From positions 47,244 to 67,243 of IMG/VR virus record IMGVR_UViG_3300030330_002209: a stretch of DNA of 20,000 nt; one strand, 5' to 3'. The notes under the pieces are model-generated. The model saw only the letters and a program-made list of their open reading frames with translations, searched no databases and was not told the DNA's origin. The first letter of the stretch is position 1, and every line of letters starts with the position of its first letter. Source of the DNA: an uncultured virus (IMG/VR IMGVR_UViG_3300030330_002209). Taxonomy: Duplodnaviria > Heunggongvirae > Uroviricota > Caudoviricetes. Positions 15,015 through 20,000 of this stretch are shown here, piece after piece. The position numbers were made by a program, and so were the translations under genes.

Positions 15015-16726
15015 TATTCCCAAGGCATTGGCTCAGCTTCGGCTTCAGTACCAACGTGCGGTACAAAGCAGCCAGAGCGTGGCTCCCACGTAAAAAAAGA
15101 CTCAGCTCCGTTTTCACCGAGGTTTTGAAACTTAACTTTAAGAACTTTAACCTTAGTCGTTTTAGCTTCATAATCTCTATGAACTAGTAAGCCGTGATAA
15201 CTAGCATCATACCACTCACCACCACCTTTAATATTATACATTGTTGGCTCTTCCATTTTACCGTCTTGGCCTTTGTACATTTTAGTTGGGTGTGCTACAA
15301 TGAAAGTTAAGACGTCATACTTTTTACAGAACGTTTCTATCTTTTGTAGGTAATCCATCGTATAACGGTTGACATCATCTGAGTTAGCGTTTGTATCTCT
15401 AATCTTGTTAAATGGATCAAGAACTAAACATTTAATACCTTTACGTTTAACGAGCTCAGCGCCCTTGCGTAATACTGCTTCTAAATTGTATTTGTCCATA
15501 TCAATAAAAAAGTAGTTGTCATTAACATGTTCAGTAACTTGTTCCCATTTATTACCACCAATGTCGCCTACGGCTGGCATGTCTTGCCAATGTTTACGCA
15601 TTAGTTTGTGCGCGTGTAGATAGACTGGTTGGTTTTCTGGACTAGCATACGCAGTCTTCCAACCGTAAAGTTGATTATAGCCCACAACCATTTGGTCAAC
15701 AAAGTCAGACTTCCCGCTACTGGGTACGCCAGTAACAGTAATAAACTGACCGGTGTAAGTAGAGAAAATAGAATCAAAGTTCTTAAGTCCGATTTGAAAG
15801 CCGGGCTTAAACCCATTTTTAACAAAGTCTTTAAGTTCATCTTCAATATCCCTTAATGTAGACACGCCTTCAAGAGGTACGGGTCTAACGTTATCAATAA
15901 CATGTCTGAGAGCAGACTTTCCATACTTAACTAAATAATCGTTTGCGTCTTTACAATCATCGAAATCGACTAGATAACAAACCTCAGCACCAAGACGACG
16001 AATAAATTCTTGTCGTAATGCTTGACCAGCTTCATCAGCGTCTACCGCTAATATAACTTTTTCTTTGTCATCAAAATAGTCTATGCAATTATCTAAATAA
16101 TCGAGGTTGTTTGAGTTTAACGTAGCACCATTAGGTACTGATATAACGTTTTTAACTCCCGCTTCGTGCATTGCAAGCACGTCCATCTCACCTTCAACTA
16201 TGACACAAGTATCATAACCAACAATACTATTTATGTTGTAAAATACTTTTTCAGCTCCTTTATATAACTTAAAGTTTTTACGACCATCACGGTATTTAAT
16301 GTTTATGAGTTGATCACCCATGTAATAGTTAAACTGAATGGTATTTTCAGTCTTACCTGTTTGTGGCATAAACTCTTGGCCTTCACCTATACACAGGTCA
16401 GCCAAGGTTTGTTTAGTTATGCCGCGTTGTTTAAACCACTCTTCAACTTTAGTACTAGTAGGATTAAACTCAACCTGCGGTCGAGCATAAACTTTTTCGC
16501 TAGCACCTTTACGTTGATACGTGTGTAGTTGAAAACTAGTATCACAATTATGACAGGTACCAAGACCACGTTCCCAATCATAAGAAGCGCATTTAGCTTT
16601 CTTATTTTCAGGCTTCCTAGTGTGAGAACACAAAGGGCAAATACCCTGTGTCTTCCCAACTTCTAGGCCATGCTGATTGAACTCGTCAATCGCAAATCCA
16701 TTGATCTCTCTGTCTTGTACGTTCAT
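15014..16726 (-). CDS. Bifunctional DNA primase-helicase (T7 gp4/Twinkle-like)
   Basis: Zinc-binding CPLC...CHNC, TOPRIM EGEMD and DADEAG, SF4 helicase Walker A GVPSSGKS, LVLDP, VAHP and KVKF. Confidence 0.92.
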   Translation of the reverse strand: MNVQDREINGFAIDEFNQHGLEVGKTQGICPLCSHTRKPENKKAKCASYDWERGLGTCHNCDTSFQLHTYQRKGASEKVYARPQVEFNPTSTKVEEWFKQRGITKQTLADLCIGEGQEFMPQTGKTENTIQFNYYMGDQLINIKYRDGRKNFKLYKGAEKVFYNINSIVGYDTCVIVEGEMDVLAMHEAGVKNVISVPNGATLNSNNLDYLDNCIDYFDDKEKVILAVDADEAGQALRQEFIRRLGAEVCYLVDFDDCKDANDYLVKYGKSALRHVIDNVRPVPLEGVSTLRDIEDELKDFVKNGFKPGFQIGLKNFDSIFSTYTGQFITVTGVPSSGKSDFVDQMVVGYNQLYGWKTAYASPENQPVYLHAHKLMRKHWQDMPAVGDIGGNKWEQVTEHVNDNYFFIDMDKYNLEAVLRKGAELVKRKGIKCLVLDPFNKIRDTNANSDDVNRYTMDYLQKIETFCKKYDVLTFIVAHPTKMYKGQDGKMEEPTMYNIKGGGEWYDASYHGLLVHRDYEAKTTKVKVLKVKFQNLGENGAESFFTWEPRSGCFVPHVGTEAEAEPMPWE

Positions 16727-16727
16727 A

Positions 16728-17030
16728 CTAGAATGGTAAGTCTTCTTCTACTTGCTGTGGAGCTGGCGCTGGTCGATCTTCTCTTGGAGCAGTATCAACA
16801 TTATTACCGTTAGTCCATACAACTTTTACATTGCCAAGGTATGTTTTAGGAGTCTTAGCATCTCTCTCCTCTTTTGATTGCTCAACAACTACAGGGCCTT
16901 GATTACCGAACTGATCGGGCTCATCATTTAGTGTAATTGTAATAGGTAAGTATTTACCCTTTTTACCTACATAGATTTTATCTTTAGGTATATCATTAAG
17001 GTTAATACTTGTTTTAATAATACTTGCCAT
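16728..17030 (-). CDS. ssb: Probable single-stranded DNA-binding protein
   Basis: Short beta-rich core, Pro-rich linker and acidic C-terminal tail EEDLPF. Located between the exonuclease/ERF pair and the primase-helicase. Confidence 0.7.
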   Translation of the reverse strand: MASIIKTSINLNDIPKDKIYVGKKGKYLPITITLNDEPDQFGNQGPVVVEQSKEERDAKTPKTYLGNVKVVWTNGNNVDTAPREDRPAPAPQQVEEDLPF

Positions 17031-17197
17031 TAGTAATTATTTATTTGGTTAAACATTCTTCTTAACTGATCTTTGCTGGCACCAGTAACTCTCCGTAAAT
17101 TATCAACAGCTTTAACATGGCTTTGATTTGTGTAAAAATTCTTTTCAGACGTTTTTAATCCTGTAACGTCACACACTCTAGTTTTAGTTCTAGGCAT
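17030..17197 (-). CDS. Small hypothetical protein (55 aa, below the ORF-track cutoff)
   Basis: MPRTKTRVCDVTGLKTSEKNFYTNQSHVKAVDNLRRVTGASKDQLRRMFNQINNY* fills the gap and is TAATG-coupled to ssb. Confidence 0.6.
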   Translation of the reverse strand: MPRTKTRVCDVTGLKTSEKNFYTNQSHVKAVDNLRRVTGASKDQLRRMFNQINNY

Positions 17198-17201
17198 TGG
17201 T

Positions 17202-17936
17202 TTAAAGGGTTTTAGTTAATAAATGTTGCTTGCTATCAAAATTATCTGTCTGATAAAACAGCTCGTACGCATCACAAGCTCTACGTACTTTATCTTCACC
17301 GCGACTATAAAAATCAGGCGAACAATCGAATAAACCTATTTGATGCGTTTCTTTGTCGATTACAATAAATAGCATTTCGTATCCAAATAAGGTTGAGTAT
17401 ATGAAAGCTTGACTGTCATAATTGAACTTGCTAGCTGACCATTGGAACCTATCAATATCGCTAGTTGTCTTCAGATCAATAACAAGTTTTTCTTCATGAT
17501 TTATTATATCAGCTTTACCTTTCCACATTTGACCGTGAATTTTGCCAACACGTGGCTCTTCATATTCTACTTCATTTAATACTGGTTTAATTAAGTCTCT
17601 ACAAACATCATTGTCCATAATAGCTTCAGTCATAAGCATAGTCTTATCGACTTCGTGTTGTAATAAACATAGCTCACCGTCACTAGCTTCTTTATATGCT
17701 TTAGTATTACGAGTTGTAGATTCAATAACTTTAAACCGTTTGAGTTTATCAGGCTCAAGTATTGCGGTATGAAAGTAACCGCCAACTAAAAACGCTGGAC
17801 TACTAGGTTTTGGTTTATGCAAGTCTTTAGGATTTTTAAGCAATACACTTATATCCGAGTTGCTTAGAAACTGTTTACCAAAATCACCGTAGTAATGTTC
17901 GTCGTCTCTTAGTTTAGTGTAAATTTCTTTTGTCAT
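17202..17936 (-). CDS. PD-(D/E)xK exonuclease (RecE/ExoVIII, DUF3799-like)
   Basis: LSNS, GGYFHTAILEP, KGKADII...IDLKTT and YDSQAFIY; adjacent to ERF. Confidence 0.85.
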   Translation of the reverse strand: MTKEIYTKLRDDEHYYGDFGKQFLSNSDISVLLKNPKDLHKPKPSSPAFLVGGYFHTAILEPDKLKRFKVIESTTRNTKAYKEASDGELCLLQHEVDKTMLMTEAIMDNDVCRDLIKPVLNEVEYEEPRVGKIHGQMWKGKADIINHEEKLVIDLKTTSDIDRFQWSASKFNYDSQAFIYSTLFGYEMLFIVIDKETHQIGLFDCSPDFYSRGEDKVRRACDAYELFYQTDNFDSKQHLLTKTL

Positions 17937-18478
17937 TAAGCTAGTTGTTTAATTTGCGCTGGCGTTAATTCATATTTCTTTTTAATAGCATCAACTGATC
18001 CGCCGTCTTTTACAAACTCAATAGCTTTAGTCATTTGCTCTTTAGTTATTTTAGCTTTCTTTTTAGCTGTAACTTGTTGAGCCTTACCGTGTTGATTAGT
18101 AGCGTCAGCATCTTCAGTATCATCAATTAAAAATAAATTACCAAGTGCATATTTTTTAGCATAGGTAGATGCTGCACCAAATTGTTGAGCAGTCTGCATA
18201 CCTTTCTGTTGAAGATCAACACCAACTACAGCTGTAGCATGTATTGAATCTTTACCGTCACTTATTGTAGCGGTTGTTTGTATCATAGGCATAGGTTCTG
18301 CGGCTATTAGCTCTTCTGATACTGTAACGTAAATGTTGTGTTGTAATAAAAATGGCTTTACGCCCTCTAGAATGTCTTCAGCTTTGCGGAAGTAGTATTT
18401 TCCAAAGCTATTATATGAAGACTTTTTTGCTTTTAACTTAGTCTGTACATCAGCTAGTTTTTTAGTTAATTCTGTCAT
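17936..18478 (-). CDS. erf: ERF-family single-strand annealing protein
   Basis: NSFGKYYFRKAEDIL...AQQFGAASTYAKKYALGNLFLIDDTEDAD is the ERF signature. Confidence 0.9.
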   Translation of the reverse strand: MTELTKKLADVQTKLKAKKSSYNSFGKYYFRKAEDILEGVKPFLLQHNIYVTVSEELIAAEPMPMIQTTATISDGKDSIHATAVVGVDLQQKGMQTAQQFGAASTYAKKYALGNLFLIDDTEDADATNQHGKAQQVTAKKKAKITKEQMTKAIEFVKDGGSVDAIKKKYELTPAQIKQLA

Positions 18479-18538
18479 TGGTATATTGGTTTAGATATAT
18501 ATATAATTACACGTTAATTTAATTATTTAACGAGTAAC
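18479..18538 (-). promoter_or_regulatory. AT-rich intergenic region, candidate promoter for the recombination/replication operon
   Basis: The only sizeable non-coding gap in the - arm. It reads TTAACGTGTAATTATATATATATC on the - strand upstream of erf, with no canonical TAnnTTTG element. Confidence 0.35.
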
Positions 18539-19291
18539 TTATAGATAATCAATCACTTGCGAGTAATCTAAAACGTTTTTTAACTTATCAATAGCTTGCT
18601 TTTTTAATTGCGAAACACGTACGTAAGAACTAACACCACTCATGTTTAAGTAATGCGCTATATCTTTAGCAGACTTTTTATCGCAGTTAATACCATAACT
18701 TAATCTTATTACGTGATATTCTTTTTCAGTTAAATGATCTTTCATTATACCTATAAGCTTATGGCTTAAGTTTTCTTTTTTCATGGGATCATCTGAAGTA
18801 TCTGGTATTTGCATCAACATATTTTCTTCATCACCTATAGTAGCATCAATACTTTGAAACATTGAATTAAAAAATAACTCTGAATTTTTTTTATTTTCAA
18901 AATTATTTCTTATGTCATTCAGCTTGTGCTCAGGTATACGCATACCACTACGATTAGCATCTGTAGCTCTACGTATAGCGCCGCGAATACGTTTAGCAAA
19001 ATAAGATTTTAATGTACGCTCAGGATCTTTCGACATTAATATTTGTTTCCATATTATTTTGTCAACAGCTTTAATTAAGCCAATATGGCCAAACTGTATA
19101 CGATCAGATAAAGATACCACACCGTTAGCCGCATCGCTATCTTTAAATTTACGAGCTATATTTTCTACAAGAGGAAGAAACTTAATAATAAGTTCATTTC
19201 TAGTATATTCGTTAAATGGTTTTGTTTTTGGCTGAGATGCTTTAACGTCTTGTTTGTACCTACTAAAATTAGTTTGATTATACTTTTTCAT
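18539..19291 (-). CDS. Phage sigma-70-family RNA polymerase sigma factor
   Basis: Region 2 (RNELIIKFLPLVENIARKF...DRIQFGHIGLIKAVDK...RIRGAIRRA...MRIPEH) and region 4 (LTEKEYHVIRLSYG...IAHYL...RVSQLKKQAIDKLK). Confidence 0.88.
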   Translation of the reverse strand: MKKYNQTNFSRYKQDVKASQPKTKPFNEYTRNELIIKFLPLVENIARKFKDSDAANGVVSLSDRIQFGHIGLIKAVDKIIWKQILMSKDPERTLKSYFAKRIRGAIRRATDANRSGMRIPEHKLNDIRNNFENKKNSELFFNSMFQSIDATIGDEENMLMQIPDTSDDPMKKENLSHKLIGIMKDHLTEKEYHVIRLSYGINCDKKSAKDIAHYLNMSGVSSYVRVSQLKKQAIDKLKNVLDYSQVIDYL

Positions 19292-19916
19292 ATATCTTTT
19301 TTAATTCAATATTTAGTAATTCTTTTTCTCTACGTAAGTCATCGCACATAACACGATATACTGTACGGCTAGATACGTCCAGAAGCCCTGCGATACGTCC
19401 TATCGTAATTTTTTTACCCATGTCATGCATATCTATCATACATTCATAAATGTCGTCAGAGCATATCCTAGGGCTTTGACCTATTAACTGACCTACTATA
19501 GATAATTTTTGTTCTTTTGTCAAACCTGTAAATGGTTTAAATATTACTTTACGTAACTTATTTTTTGGTGGTTTGTCAAGATCAGACATGCTAACCTCAT
19601 ATATAACTTTGTCTAGTAAACGTTCTGATACGTTGAAACTTACGAAGCCATTTGGCTTGTACACTATATATTTTGCTAGAGCTGTAAAGTCGTCAGGCGT
19701 GAGGTTAGAGTTTAAATACCATAGAACAAGCAAATGCCATTTAAGCGATCGATACGTAGTAATCTTTGCAGACGACCTAAACAACTCGTAACATTGATGA
19801 GTGCCGTCTTTAAAGTACATAAATTCTTTGGTATCAATATCAGGTTTATCTGTTATAGGTAAACGTCTGTATATTACACGCTTGTTATTAAGGTATGTTA
19901 GGTTTCTTTGTGACAT
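19278..19916 (-). CDS. Hypothetical protein with C-terminal helix-turn-helix
   Basis: ITIGRIAGLLDVSSRTVYRVM is an HTH pattern. The N-terminal part was not recognised. Confidence 0.65.
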   Translation of the reverse strand: MSQRNLTYLNNKRVIYRRLPITDKPDIDTKEFMYFKDGTHQCYELFRSSAKITTYRSLKWHLLVLWYLNSNLTPDDFTALAKYIVYKPNGFVSFNVSERLLDKVIYEVSMSDLDKPPKNKLRKVIFKPFTGLTKEQKLSIVGQLIGQSPRICSDDIYECMIDMHDMGKKITIGRIAGLLDVSSRTVYRVMCDDLRREKELLNIELKKIYEKV

Positions 19917-19926
19917 TAGCCTATTA

Positions 19927-19998
19927 CTATTTATTCTTAGGGGCTGTTGTCACAGTCCCTACTGGTTTTAACGATGCTATAATAATTCTATTTGATTT
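19927..19998 (-). CDS. Possible 3' end of a gene starting beyond the window
   Basis: Open frame KSNRIIIASLKPVGTVTTAPKNK followed by three consecutive in-frame stops (TAG TAA TAG). Confidence 0.35.
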   Translation of the reverse strand, partial: KSNRIIIASLKPVGTVTTAPKNK

Positions 19999-20000
19999 AT

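Noticed and set aside
1183..19791. Short antisense or alternate-frame ORFs in the track (e.g. 1183-1377, 4620-4820, 6435-6695, 7853-8134, 10081-10308, 15601-15846, 17542-17772, 19573-19791)
   Set aside because: They lie within or across well-supported genes and show no recognisable motifs; these are shadow ORFs.
1..20000. Stop-codon reassignment as seen in some crAss-like phages
   Set aside because: Genes are full length and densely packed under the standard code, and TAG (ssb) and TGA (ORF ending 8918) serve as real stops.
1..20000. tRNA, rRNA, integrase or IS elements
   Set aside because: There is no intergenic space or recognisable motif for any of these in the window.

Overview
AT-rich segment of a tailed dsDNA bacteriophage genome read in the standard genetic code. 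The host is most likely a Bacteroidota/Flavobacteriia member, inferred from a T9SS sorting domain, Q-rule signal peptides, an Hc1-like gene and no obvious SD sites. Two convergent arms meet at a bidirectional hairpin terminator (10151-10170). The + arm (1-10152, late/virion-associated) holds five parts: (1) the 3' part of a giant ejection-type protein with a HAD phosphatase domain and terminal CCCH zinc fingers; (2) a coupled envelope cassette of an OM beta-barrel, a small membrane protein, an exported Cys-less thioredoxin fold and a Cys-repeat protein with a type-A T9SS C-terminal domain; (3) two small beta-rich structural proteins; (4) a DUF5675-type putative endolysin; (5) a cluster of mostly Lys/Arg-rich modular proteins, one with an intact PAP2 phosphatase. 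The - arm (10175-20000, replication and nucleotide metabolism) encodes an HTH protein, sigma-70 factor, ERF, PD-(D/E)xK exonuclease, SSB, primase-helicase, a T4 gp42-like dCMP hydroxymethylase-type enzyme, a GIY-YIG/MazG fusion, endonuclease I, class II RNR and an Hc1-like protein. The most notable features are the phage-encoded T9SS cargo/barrel/thioredoxin cassette and a probable cytosine-modification pathway. All family calls come from motif recognition by eye, not from database searches.
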